Made by a program: the position numbers and the translations under genes. The notes beneath the pieces are model-generated. The model saw only the letters and a list, made by a program, of their open reading frames with translations. It ran no database searches and was not told where the DNA came from. 64,000 bases of DNA from the human T2T-CHM13v2.0 reference genome, Homo sapiens, in NCBI RefSeq assembly GCF_009914755.1, contig NC_060926.1; one strand, 5' to 3'. Positions 14,483 through 41,944 of the stretch are shown here, one piece after another; the first letter of the stretch is position 1, and each line of letters opens with the position of its first letter.

Positions 14483-14606
14483 CAGCAGCCCCAGCAAACT
14501 AAAATGTAAATGTTTTACACTTATTATTAATATCTTATTTTTCGCCTTGAATTTCTATGAGGTCATTTTATGCTTGCTGTTCTATTACTTCCATGATGAA
14601 ACTGCG

Positions 14607-15070
14607 ACCAGGTGTGGAGGCTCATGCCTGTAATCCCAGCACTTTAGGAGCCTAAGATGGGAGGATCACTTGAACTCAGGAGTTCAAGATAAGCCTGGGC
14701 AACAAGTGAGAAATCCCCTTAAAAAAAGAAATCTCTTAAAAAAAGAAAGAAAGAAGCTGGGAAATACTAAGAATTTATACAGGGCCAGGCACGGTGGCTC
14801 ACGCCTGTAATTTCAACACTTTGGGAGGCTGAAGCAAGAAGATTGCTTGAGCTCAGGAGTTTGAGACCAGCCTGGGCAACATAGAGAGACCCCATCTCTA
14901 GAAAAACAAAAATTTAGCCAGACCCACACTTGTAGTGCCTGTAGTCCCAGCCACTCTGGAGGCTGAGGTGAGAGGATGGCTTGGGCACAGGAGGGCAAGA
15001 CTTCAGTGAGCCTTGATTGTATCAGTGCACTTCAGACTAGGCAACAGAGTGAGACCCTGTCTCAAAAAAA
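14607..15070 (+). mobile_element. Alu monomer plus AluJ-like element
   Basis: Alu consensus at ~14607-14755 and ~14783-15070. Confidence 0.85.
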
Positions 15071-15723
15071 TTAACCTTGTGAACTGTATGTGATTGCCCC
15101 CTTTTCTGTGTTAGAATACATCTTTTATTTGTTTACTTTTTACTTTTTATCATCATCACTTGTAAAATACTTAGAAGTTTAAGACATCCTTTTATCCTTG
15201 AACCATTTGAGGGTAAGTTTTGATCTTAAACATAATGTATGGACTCCTGTGACTTTGTGAAGCTGTATGAATTCTTAATTTTTAATTTTTATTAATTTTT
15301 TTAATTTTTGTGACATGAAAAGTAAAAAATAAAAATAAATAAATAAAAATGTATAACCTTCACAAAGTCATGTTTTCTATTTTATAGAGTAAAAATATCA
15401 AAAAATAACAAGAGACTTTGAAAAGAACATTCAAACAACAAAATAGATTTTGTAAATTAAAAATACCATTACATAAATAAAAACTTCAGTGGAATATTAG
15501 GAAAATAAAAAAGTGCCTTTGAGCACTTTGAAAACTTTGCAGACGACCAAGGCTGCATGCAACCTGAAGTTACAGACAACACAGAACTTTTCATATTCTA
15601 CAATAAATGTTTCCAATTAAATTCTAGATGTCATGCTATAGATAAAACTGTAAAATATCCAGGACTTTCCGTCCAGAAGTTCACAATTTTATAAACAAAA
15701 AAAAAATTAAAGGACATACTCAC

Positions 15724-15875
15724 CTGAATATTCTATAACTGGTCTGAACAGTGCTTGCAGGAAAATTCATGCATTTGGCTCAGGAGTTGGGTGTCCCCTG
15801 GGCTTTCTGGATAACAGATGTTATTCTCTGAGATTTCCACAGTCTAGCAAATTCCAAATGCCTCTATAAATAATA
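15724..15875 (-). promoter_or_regulatory. Candidate UBTFL non-coding first exon and TATA-like box
   Basis: Minus-strand donor CAG|GTGAGT at 15724/15723. A strong acceptor (ctttcttttctttctcctcag|) opens the coding exon at 12119. TATTTATA reads on the minus strand at ~15864-15871, and CCAAT motifs lie at ~15894 and ~15953. Confidence 0.5.
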
Positions 15876-16013
15876 AGCCTTGCTTTTTGGAGGCCAATGT
15901 ATTATAGGATCCTTAAATCCCCTCCCTTATTAGGTTTCTGCAGTACAGAGGACCAATGAAAGGATTTACCCTTCCACCATTGTTTACATCAACTCAATTT
16001 CTAATCTCTGTAA

Positions 16014-16478
<465 letters not shown>

Positions 16479-17517
16479 TGATAGTATTTTTATATGATAT
16501 TTGAATACATCATTCCATTCTTTGATAATTTCTGCCCTTTCTTCACTGAAATCTAGGATCTGCTACCATCTCACCTGGCTCATCGACATGTAAATCCCTT
16601 CAGTACTGATCAATTTCTACCAGTCTTTAGATTTGAAGACCAAAATGCTAATGACCATGATGGATGGTTTTGGAAAAAGACAAGTAGAGCCTCAATGTCT
16701 GGCACCTATGGCTGATTTAATTTTAAACTCAGGGAAATGAAATAGGTACTGTGCATAAAAAATATTCAGGTGATTTTATTTAAAGCATTTTTACTAAATT
16801 CAAACTAATCAAAAAAACCTTTATTTAAATGACAACTTATTTCAATAATTTTTAAATTTTCATTTTTAATCAATATATAAAAATTGCACATATGTATGAC
16901 ATACGATATAATATTTTGATACATGTATAAATTGTGCATTGATCAAATTAGGGTTTGACAACCTCAGGCTTCATAATTTATGAAATAGACCTCTGCCATT
17001 TAAAAACTTTATATCTAAACTTACCAACTAGTAATTAACTGAACATATCAAATAAGATATTATTTAAAAGAGCCTAAATTAATAAAATGTTTAAATACAT
17101 TTTGAGCTTTAAAATACAATAAATAAATATGACTTATTTTAGAAAAATTTTTTTAAAAAATAGACAAAGGTGGATATAGACAAAAACATGTACAGAAAAA
17201 TATCAAAAGGACTAAACCCCTTGGAGATTTTAATGGTAAAAGCTTGCTGATATTATTTTTAAAATTATCAACTTTTAAAAAAACATTTTATGGCCATTTG
17301 TTAATGAGCATAAGCTTCTACTGAAAATGAAATATTTGCTTCTATAAGAATATACTCTCAGATATTGTATGAGAATATACTGCAGCATTGTATGAGAGGC
17401 AAAAAACTAGAAGCCTTTGGAATATTCATCATGGGAGAATGGCTGGGCACATTAACGTACATTCACAGTAGGGAATATTCTGCAGCCATCACGTAAGTTA
17501 AGATCTAGATGTATTGA

Positions 17518-17868
<351 letters not shown>

Positions 17869-17916
17869 TAAAACTTTGTATAGTAGTTATGTTTTTATAT
17901 TTTATATTCATATATG

Positions 17917-18093
17917 CAGTGATGCTCAATGGGAATTTTGCAAATCCAGGGGGCATGTGGCAATGGCTGAAGATATTTTTGGTTATCATGTCAGGGAGGT
18001 GCTAATGACATAGGGTTAAATCCTACAATGCACAACCTCCCTCAAAGAATTATCAACCCAAGATGTCAGTTGTGCTGAGCTTGAGAAACTCTG
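17917..18093. mobile_element. MER20-like hAT DNA transposon
   Basis: cagtgatgctcaa...ggcaatggctgaagatattttt...gtgctgagcttgagaaactctg. Confidence 0.65.
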
Positions 18094-20089
18094 TCATAGG
18101 GAAAGGAAAAAAAGGATAAGCACCAAACTGCTAGCTTGTTCCTTATATATCTGTGCTGTTCAACTTATAATGTACATTTATTTTGACAACTGAAAATTAT
18201 CCTATAAAAATAAGTTTATTGTGCTGGCAAAGACAATGATAGAGCAGAGGTGGCAGACTGTTCCCCAAGCCAACTGTTTCCAAAGGAGACCTGAGGGACT
18301 GGGTGTGAGTTGACAGTGGTGGGAGCTGGAAGCAGCAAGGGATGCGGGGACATCTGGGGAGCCTGGACCTGACCTTGGAGCTCACTCACACAATCTAAAT
18401 AATCCCAGAGTGAGGCTGAGGTTTTCCTGAGTTGGATGAGGGCCTGCGAAAATTTCCTATTATTAGGCAAGCCTACTATGAGAGTGAGAAGCCTAAACTC
18501 AATTTCCATTTTATAGCCTGGAGTAAACCACTTCTGGTCAGGCAGCAGGGAATCATAACATATCAGAGCTGAATACCTCACTGGTTTGCTGAGGGGCAAG
18601 TTAGTAGGTGTTCCTCAGAAAGGATTTTGTGGTCAATTAAGACAGGGAAACTCTGGCTTAAACTGCAGGTAAATTAAATAAGAGGTCTTTACTGCAAGCC
18701 TAATCAGAGCCTTTATTATGCTAGTGTCCATCTCCAAAAGGGTGGTCATCAAATGCAGGCCCTCCCTGTCTTGACCAAGTCCTTTTTCTTGAGATCATGT
18801 CTTGAGACTTGGATGCCATGCAATACACTTTGGGAAATACTAACCTAGTTGAACGACAGTTTTACTGATGTAGAAATGGCGGCCCAAAGGATAAAAAGTA
18901 GCTGAACTAGCTGGTGGGGCTACTTTCCAGACCAATGCTTTTTTCTCCTGCCTAAGACCTTAACCACAGTTGCAAATTAACTACAGATCCTCAGAATTTT
19001 CGCCCAATTCAACTTGGAGGGGTTGCAGTGGAGGTGAGGGAGAAGGGAGTAACAGTGAAGCCATTCAAAGCAAAAACCACCTTTAAAGAAATTTTGGCCT
19101 TAGAATACAGGGTTTTTTTTTTTTTTTTTTTAATTGGTGGAGGGGGCACCCAGGAAGACCAGACGTGCTCCTGTGAAGCAACGCTCCACCACGTCCTTTT
19201 GAAAATACCGTAGCCTGCATGAGACAGGCGGGAGCACCTAAGCCTTCAACTCTCCCCATGTTGCCTCCAATTGACCTCACTGGGCCAGGAAAAGCCCTAT
19301 AAACTGGTTTTGTATACTCTATCCAAGTAGTAAATTTACTAAAATTACTGGATCCTACTATATACCAGACCTCTGCAAGGCATTGAAGATTCAATGATGA
19401 GCATTAATTCCCACTCTAAGGGGATTTTTCTATCTGGTAGGGAAACTCAGATACCGCATGCAGCTAGCCTGTCACAGGGCTATACTGACTAAAGCTCACC
19501 CTAAGAAATTTGCACATCTTAGCCTATGGGCAACGGGAAGCCATGGACGGAATATGTTTTCCGTTTCAAACAAGGAACTCCAGTCACAGCAGGCTCTAAC
19601 TCCATTTCCTATTATCAACTCCCCTTCCTGCTCCTCCTCCCTTAGTAGCCTCGAAAAAGAGTGGCCACTTCCTTCACATCACCAGGGCCTTGGTCCTGGT
19701 AGGGGGTCCCGCCCCCGGCCCTGTCCTCCTCCCCAGGCCGGGACCTCCGCGCCTCCCACACACAGTACAACTCTAACACGAAACTGGGCCAGGACTGCAG
19801 GTAGGTCCCGTCCAATGCGACACGCTCGCGACGGCCCACGCACTGCCAGAACCAGCCCTGCCACTAACCAGCCTAGTAAGGAACGCAGTGATCTTTAGGA
19901 GCCCACTTCTAAATTCAAATCATTTGGGGTTCAGTAAGTCTCTTCACAGACGGGGACCTAATAGCTTCCATTAGCAGCCTCCACGTTTGCTGAACACGAC
20001 TACGGGGCCAGACCCACAGGAACTCCAATGTGGTTCAGCCGCTCAACTCCAGGGACCAAAAAGACTTTCCCACCTCCCAGCGTTATTAA

Positions 20090-20307
20090 AGGCAACCCCG
20101 CCCCCAAGCCTCAGCCACTACGCGGTGCAGAAAGAGGCAGAGCTGGGCATGCGCAATTTCCGCCCCCGCCACAGTCTTGGGAGTGGGCGGGCTCGAGGGC
20201 TGGGAGGAAGCCGAAAGCTGACCGAGAGGAGAAAGAAGCCCGCCCCCGGAAGTCCCTCCTGTCTCTGCAGCTTGTTCCCGGAAGTTTTGCTGCTAGTCGC
20301 GGACGCA
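20090..20307 (+). promoter_or_regulatory. COX5B CpG-island promoter with NRF-1 site, tandem GABP/ETS sites and Sp1 boxes
   Basis: GGGCATGCGCAA (~20145-20156, NRF-1-like); CCGGAAGT twice (~20246 and ~20278); CCCGCCCC/GGGCGGG boxes; no TATA box. This is the typical layout of nuclear-encoded respiratory gene promoters. Confidence 0.8.
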
Positions 20308-22329
<2,022 letters not shown>

Positions 22330-22377
22330 GCACCTGCACTAAATTACTCAAAATGTGCTGTAAAGTTTCTTCTTTCC

Positions 22378-22383
22378 AGTAAA
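22378..22383 (+). terminator. Probable COX5B polyadenylation signal (variant AGTAAA)
   Basis: AGTAAA lies ~50 nt after the stop codon, with no AATAAA nearby; AGTAAA is a known variant hexamer. Confidence 0.55.
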
Positions 22384-23954
22384 GACTAGCCATTGCATTG
22401 GCTCCTTCTCCCATAGATGGCTGGTCTTATTTCTTACCCGTATTCTTTGGTAGGCATGGAATATGCTTATTTTGGGAAAAGCTGTCTGTTAATGCTAGCT
22501 TGCCATCCACTTACTGAAAGTGTATAACCAGTGTATAGTGCTTAGATTAATAATAAGAATAGATCGACAACCCGTAATGCAATGAATGGGACCACCTGGT
22601 ATGAGAGAAAGGGGCGGGCTGAGGAGTCAGGCTGACAGGACTTAAAATATTGGCTCCATCATTTGGCTCTATCTCTGTGGACATGTTCTCTGGGGGTCAA
22701 GTACAACTACAAAAAGGTAAGTACCTTACAAGGTGCTTAATATGTAAAGAGCTGAGTGGATAGTAGGTCCTCACAGTATCCTCATAGAGACAGGGTGGCC
22801 TTGTGAAGAGAGTTTTGGGGATTTTGAAGTCTTGAGGGACCCAGGTGCAAAGTAAGAATTCATGGGGATACCAGCAGCAAAATTCAGAATATGGAACAAT
22901 TTCAGAAATCACTGACCATGTTTCTTCAAATAAATTGCAAGGAGTGGGGGGAAAAGCTAGGGAGAACATGTGGAGAAACAGATAAGGGAGATACCAGTCA
23001 GCAGCATGCACACCTTGTTTAGATCTTGATTTGAAAACAATTATAAAGGAAAAAAAATTGAGAAGAATTTGAACTCTGGATATTTGATATGTAGACATTT
23101 ACCACCCTTTCAGGTATTTATATAGTTTTGTTTTGTTTTTTTTAATGCTTGAGATACGCACAGGAATAAGGGAGGGGAGAAATGCCAAAAAAGCCCACTT
23201 TAGCTGCTTCATACCTGTGACACCTTGGGACAAGTTAAAATCTCAAAACCCTCTTACCTACAAAATGGAAATACCTTTTCATTTTGTGTGGAGATTAGCC
23301 AGAGGTGGCTTCAGTTACTATCTTCACAAAATTGGTCGAAAGTAGGTATTTCAGTGGGAGCTGATAGAGTCAGAGAAAAGCCCCTTCCCCTCATCTTGCC
23401 CATCCTGAAGGTGTAGTCAAAGCTATTGCTTCCATCCTTGTTGTTCATGACCTGTGTCCAGGAAATGTCTAAGCACTGACCTGCCATTTAAGGCCCTTTC
23501 CTCTGGGAAGGGGAGCTCTCAGATAACCCCCTGTGAAATCTAACCCCTACACGCCCATGAGATTAGTCTGTGCTGTCACTAAGCCCTCCTGTGTGGCTGG
23601 CCTGCCTTTCCCTTTCCACATCTCTTCCAACTCAAACTCGGCTGAGGGAGACTTTTGACTCCCCACATCATTAATCCAGTCTGTTTTCTCCCTCCCTCAT
23701 CTCCAAGTCTTTGCTTTTCTTTTTTAAAATTTAACCAATTTACTTGTAAAGAAAAATTGGCTGGGCATGGTGGCTCATGCCTGTAACCACAACACTTTGG
23801 GAGGCTGAGGTGGAAAGGACCACTTGAACCCAGGAGTTTGAGGCTTCAGTGAGCCATGACCGTGCCACTGCACTCCAGCCTGGGTGACAAAGCAAGACCT
23901 TGTCTCAAACCAAAAAAACAAGCGGAAAGAAAAATCTCCAGTACATTTCCAGAC

Positions 23955-24735
23955 AGTGGCAGGCAGAATAATGATCCCCCAAAGATGTCCGCGTCATAAA
24001 TCCCTAGAATCTGTGAATATGTTAGGTCACATAGCAAGAAGGAATTAAGACTACAGATGGAATTCAGGTTGCTAATCAGCTGACCTTAAAACAGTTATTC
24101 CCAGATTATCCAGGTGGATCCAAAAAGCACAAAAGAGGCAAAAGAGAGTCAGAGATGTGACTCAGAATGGTCAGAGAGATGCAATGTTGGTGGCTTTGAA
24201 GATGGAGGAAGGGGTCCACGAGCCAAGGAAGGCAAGTAGCTATTCTAAAAGCTGGGAAGGGCAAGGAAATGATACTCTAGTCTTCAGAAAGGAGTGAAGC
24301 CCTGCTGATACTTTCACTTCAGCCTAGTGAGACCCACATTAGACTTAGGAACCGTAAGATAATAACTAACTATTTTTTTTTTTTGAGACAGAGTCTTGCT
24401 CTGTCGCCCAGCCTGGAGTGCAGTGGCACGATCTTGGCTCACTGCAAGCTCCGCCTTCTGGGTTCACGCCACTCTCCCGCCTCAGCCTCCTGAATAGCTG
24501 GGACTACAGGCGCCTGCCACCACGCCCAGCTAATTTTTTTTTTTTTTTTTTAGTAGAGACGGGGTTTCACTGTGTTATCCAGGATGGTCTTGATCTCCTG
24601 ACCTGTGATCCGCCCGCCTCGGCCTCCCAAAGTGCTGGGATTACAGGTGTGAGCCACCGTGCCCGGCCATAAACTTGTGTTATTTTAAGCCACTAAGTTT
24701 GTGAGAATTTTCTGTGGCACTAATAGGAAAAGAAT
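23955..24735. mobile_element. MLT1D-like LTR with inserted AluY-like element (24373-24668, -)
   Basis: gtggcaggcagaataatg...ccccaaagatgtcc...aagccactaagtttgtg; the Alu carries the AluY-like motif gcaagctccgcc. Confidence 0.75.
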
Positions 24736-24764
24736 ACACAGATCAATAAATCCAATCCCTGAGT

Positions 24765-24930
24765 CAGTAGGTCTCATATTTAGCTGCACCTTAGAACCAC
24801 CTGGGGATCTTTTACAACTCCCAGTGCCCAGGCCACACCCAGACATTAAAATAGTATCTTGGGGTAGGACCCAAGCATCAGAAGTTTAAAGTTCCACAGG
24901 TGTTTCCAACAGCAAGGCTGAGAACTGCTT
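24765..24930. mobile_element. MER5A-like DNA transposon
   Basis: cagtaggtctc...ttagaaccacctgggg...caaggctgagaactgct. Confidence 0.65.
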
Positions 24931-24984
24931 CAGGCTAACCATATGGAATAGCTCGCTTCCTTGCCTCATGGTAACTGGGAGCCC

Positions 24985-25183
24985 TAGTGGTAGGGGGAAA
25001 GATATAATGTTCCCCACTAGGAGGACAAAACTTTTGCTTTTGGGTAGAAGTGGGCTCCATCTGAACCTCTGGCCACTTAGCAGCTTAAATTGGATGCCAT
25101 CTCCACTCACCAAGGAAGAATATAAGCCTCACTCTAACTGTATTAAACTCTTTCCAAGTATACAAGGAAGAACTTTTTCCCAG
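24985..25183 (+). repeat. Diverged ~200-bp direct repeat, copy 1 (copy 2 at ~28040-28230)
   Basis: Shared blocks actaggaggac, tttgct(t/c)ttgggt(a/c)gaagtgg, ctcaccaagg, gcctcac, gtattaaact, aagaactttttcccag. Confidence 0.85.
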
Positions 25184-25184
25184 G

Positions 25185-28490
<3,306 letters not shown>

Positions 28491-31078
28491 TAAGAAGCTG
28501 GCAGAGTCTGAGCACTTAAACCTGCCAGAAGAGGGGGTACAGAGGATGGTGCTTTGCCTTAAAGGACAAGATTTTCACAGGCACAAGCGAAGGTCATTCC
28601 CATGGAGAGAACAGCATGCCTGAAGGCTAGCAGGCAAAGGATGTGAGGGGTAAACCTAAAACAGGGAAGGAACAGATCTCAAGGGGCCTGAGTCAAACAC
28701 AACATGTGGCTCACGTAGGTGGTTTTACCAGCATCACATCAATTGTTTCATGTCACGAGGCAGTGGAGAACCACTTGACACTTTGGAGTAGGAGGTGTCA
28801 GAACCAATCTTATCTGGGCTTTAGATCCACGAGCAAATAGATTGGGTGGCCAGGGAATGGAGCTGTGGTCATAGCTATGGTGGCAGTGGCTGTGCTGGAA
28901 AAGAACGGACCAGTGGGAAAGGTACTACAGAAGAACCACACAACCTGGTGACTGACAGAGTGGGAGAGACAGGGAAGAGGAAAGCGTCGATGGATAAGGC
29001 TCTAACCTGGGAGGCAGGGAGCCAGTGGTGCCATGAACAGAGCACTGTGGGAAGAACTGGTCTGGAGGGTGCCCTAATATGGAGTTCTCCGTGCAAATTC
29101 TGCTTTCCCTTTGAGGGCCAGTGCAAGCATAACTGCCTTGTGACCACAAAGCCTCACAAAACGCCTTGGCAGACAGGCCTCAGTACTCTCCTCACTCCTA
29201 CCTCATCTCCTCAGTCCTGGGGCTGCCCTCACCCCCCACAAACCCCAACTGCCTACAACACACTGCTCTGGTCACCATCTTTCTATGGCTGGCCACCCAT
29301 CTCCCAGGACACAGCTAACAATCCTCCATGTGCCAGCTCAACCCACCTTTTTTGTTCATCTCACACAATGACCACAGACCACTGACCTTTCCCTGCTGAC
29401 TGGGCATTGGGTCCCTGCCTTCCTCTCCAGACCCACTGGTCCCAGGTGCTTCTTTGGGCTCTCACATCTGCATAGAATGCCTTCCCCATCCCTGGATAAC
29501 CTCTGGATCCTTGCAAGTCGGCCTGCCCCACCTGTCGGGCCAGATGACTAACGCCTCGGCCCCCACAACTCTGTACTAAAATGGCTCATCTGTCTTACTC
29601 CCTTGACGTGTGTATTTGTTAGGGCAAGGATATAACTTGTTGACCATTGGCCCCAAACACACGGCACCATCCTGGAAACACTGTAGGTTCTCAAACACTT
29701 AAGAAAGTAAAGAGCAGACATTCTCCAAACCCTAATTCCTCACTGCTCTTCTGCCTATTCCTCTAGGGCCTGGCTAAGCTCACAGCCTCTCTGCCTCTCC
29801 CTGCCTTCCCCATCCTGACTTGTCTGAAGGCGTGAGCTTGCATCATTGCTGGTGTCCACCAGCCTTAGCCCTGGCTGAATGGGGTGAGCAGAGGTGCTCA
29901 AATAGGCCTGTCCAGGGTCCGGGGGCAAAGAAGGTAGCCTGGTTCTACTTCCCCTGGTGGACTGCAGCAGGGGAGGTAACAGGCGAGGGAATTATGCTAC
30001 AGGGTGAGAGCCCAGCCTCCTGAGGCTTTTTGTGCCACGTTGGCGGGCCAACCACTGAAACCTTCATGCCGCTAAGCTAGAGCCAGTGCCTTGCTGCATT
30101 CTCTCTGGTCCTTTCTCTGAAAGTCCCCAGGGATGGAAGAACAAACGATAGCACAGAGAGCCACAAGAAAACAGAGCCACACACTGGGCCTTGTCCATAA
30201 TTATTACTATAATGATTTACAAAAGTTTTTTTCAGGCAACCGTGTTAAATTATTGTACATATCTGAGAGAGGGAGGTGGGGCCCTGGCCACAGCAAAAGT
30301 GACGACCTCTTTCTTGGGTGAGGTAAGAAAATGTCCCCCACCCCCTTTTAGGTCTGACTCCTTATTAAGTGGCTTCCCCTCAATAAATGATGAGCATCAA
30401 CCCTTTCCCACCCAGGGTGCCGAGGGTAGAGGGAGGAGCAAGTGGATGAAGTGCTCTGAAAAGGATAGTGCAGCGGCTCTAGCCACCGTGCATCCTCTGC
30501 CCTGGCTCTGAAGGGCCTGACCCTGGGCTGCACCCCCTTGCTGGGGATGGAAGACCATTCAGTACTCAGCCCTACACCAGGGCATCTACCCAGGAAGATA
30601 GGAGGACAGAGTGTGAAAGGGGCTGTGTCACCCTGTCAGGTCACGAACAGGAGGTGGCAATGGATGCAGTGACACACCAGTGGGAGCTGCTGGCTGCCCC
30701 TTGCAGCCCACTCCCCAAACTGGCTACCCAGGCATCCAGGCATTCTGGCCCTGGAGCTCAGGGAGGCAGCCCTGAGAGTCGGAGCAGGGAACCACAGGCC
30801 TAGCTGGCCCTGCCAGGGGGATACCCACAACAGCCTGACATGGCGCTCAATTCCCACACGCCAGCTCAAGGCTCCTGTCCATGCAGCTCAATGTTACTTG
30901 TGTGTGCATGTCCTGTGTAGAGGGGAAGGCTGCAGGGGGGCACTGCTGTGCCACCCACCCAGGGGTTCAGGGCATGCAGGGGACCCTAAGCCTAGTATAC
31001 GAGCCAAGACCAAAAAGGGTTAAAGGCTCTGTCTCCCCTCCCTCCCCCTCTCCCAACATGCCCCGCCCTCCTTGGGCA

Positions 31079-38111
<7,033 letters not shown>

Positions 38112-38529
38112 GGCCGGGCCGCGCCGGCCCTGCCCAGCAGGCGGGCTGCAGGAGGCACCGGATGGGCGGGCGGGCGGGAGGACCGGGACGGCGGCGGCTC
38201 CCGACGCGGCGCCGCTGCCCTCCCTCCCCGAGCCTGCAGCCTACGCGAGCCCCGCGGGGCTTTCTGGAGGGCGGGCCCGGCGGCCAATCATCGCTCCCAC
38301 CTGGCCCGATTGACAGCAGGTGCCCGGGGCTGGCTGCGCGAAGGGGGCGGGGCCTCCGGAGGCTGGCCAGCCAATTGAGGTCGTCCGGAAAAAAGTGGTC
38401 GCGGCGTTGCCAAGGTAGGCTGCGCAGTGTCTGGGATGATGTCATGGCTCCGTCTTAAAGGGGACGCGGGCGGCAGAAAGTGGAGCTGGGCTGGTGTGCG
38501 CGCGGCCGGAGTCTGTGGAGCTGGAAATT

Positions 38530-38603
38530 CACCGGTCCAGGAAGACGTCTTTCCCGCGTCCCAGCACCGGTCCAGAAAGACGTCTTTCCCGCGTCCCAGC
38601 ACC
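38530..38603 (+). repeat. 35-bp tandem duplication carrying E2F motifs
   Basis: CACCGGTCCAG(G/A)AAGACGTCTTTCCCGCGTCCCAG x2. Confidence 0.95.
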
Positions 38604-38679
38604 TCGGGCCACGCTCCTTCGTGAGAGCGCCCTCTCCAAGGAGGCCGGCCCTGGATATTTCACCCAAAATATTTATTTT

Positions 38680-39096
38680 TTCTTTTTTTCTAGGTAAGGT
38701 GTCTTGCTCTGTCGCTCAGGCTGGAAATCTTGGGCTCAAGCGATCCTCCCGCGCCAGCCAGTAGGGGGGACTACAGGCGCGCACCATATTTATTTATTTT
38801 TACTGAAATAGTCTCCGTAGAGACTGTTAAAAATTGCCGATGTCGACTATATTGCAAGTCGTCACGGTGGGGTATTGCGAAAAGTTTTCAATTAGCAATA
38901 ATCGCGCTTCGGATAAACCTCATTGGCCACCATACGGCCACCGCGCAACGCTAGCTAATTAAAAAAAATTTTTTTTGTAGAGAAGGGATCTCGCTATGTT
39001 CCCCGGGCTAGCCTCGAACTCCTGAGCTTAAGCGATCCTCCCGCTTAGTCTTTCCAAAGCGTTGGGATTACAGGCGTCAGCTATTGCGCACGGCCC
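38680..39096 (-). mobile_element. Old Alu (AluJ-like) split by the U4 pseudogene
   Basis: Alu right arm 38680-38786, resumes at agctaatt 38953-39096. Confidence 0.8.
38810..38952 (-). pseudogene. RNU4-8P: Full-length U4 spliceosomal snRNA processed pseudogene
   Basis: Reverse complement is AGCGTTGCGCGGTGGCCGTATGGTGGCCAATGAGGTTTATCCGAAGCGCGATTATTGCTAATTGAAAACTTTTCGCAATACCCC...GCAATTTTTAACAGTCTCTACGGAGACT, i.e. U4 with scattered substitutions, followed by an A-rich tail. The copy number in the symbol is inferred from locus context. Confidence 0.9.
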
Positions 39097-39588
39097 CATA
39101 ATATTTCCTCGTTGAGCACTGAAGAAAAGATCCTTTTCCTTATAAAAATTACAGTTTCGTGGTATTTTGGTCCTGGCATTTATTGAGCACCTGCTCTGTG
39201 CCTGCGGAGCACTTCTGCCCACTTTACATAAGTTATATTAAATCCTTGCAACAATATCAGGTAGTTGTATTATTACTCCCATTTTTCAGTCAGGGTCTTC
39301 ACACTTTGGTAACCTGCCCAAGATTATTGGGTGTGGAATTGGCATGCAGGTAGCCCCCTGCGGCACTGGAGTCAGCTGCTTCAAGAGTGCAGGATAGTTG
39401 AGTTCTACATTTGTTTACCAAACGGATCCATAGTTATTTCCCTGTATATATACCTCTCCCAATGGGTTGTGAGCATAAAATTTGTAAAATTGAAGCGGGT
39501 GTGCAGAAATCACAAGTGTACATGTACATTTCAATGAATGATTAAAATGTGGACACACTTGCATAACCACCGAGTTCAAGAAACAATA

Positions 39589-41135
<1,547 letters not shown>

Positions 41136-41421
41136 CATGAACAGCCCCCCCGTCAGCTCCTACCCCTTGGTCTCTGACCTGTTCCTCCTCCGAGGTGACC
41201 TCTATCCTGAATTTTGAAAACATATTAGTATTGCCTGTTTCTGGACTTTGTGCAGATGAAGTCATTGGTATGTATTCATTTGCATCTAGTGTTTATACAT
41301 TCATAAAATAGATCACTGTGTAGCCATTAAAAATAATGAGAGAGTGCTATATAATTTCATATGAAACATATCAGGACACATTGCTAAGTAAAAGCAAAGA
41401 GAAAGCAGACACCGAGTGTAG

Positions 41422-41944
<523 letters not shown>

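Noticed and set aside
38530-38603. Repeat of CRISPR-like length (35 bp)
   Set aside because: Two adjacent copies without spacers in eukaryotic DNA; a simple tandem duplication.
38810-38952. Functional U4 snRNA gene
   Set aside because: A-rich tail, embedded in an Alu, altered Sm site, and no snRNA PSE-type promoter visible upstream.
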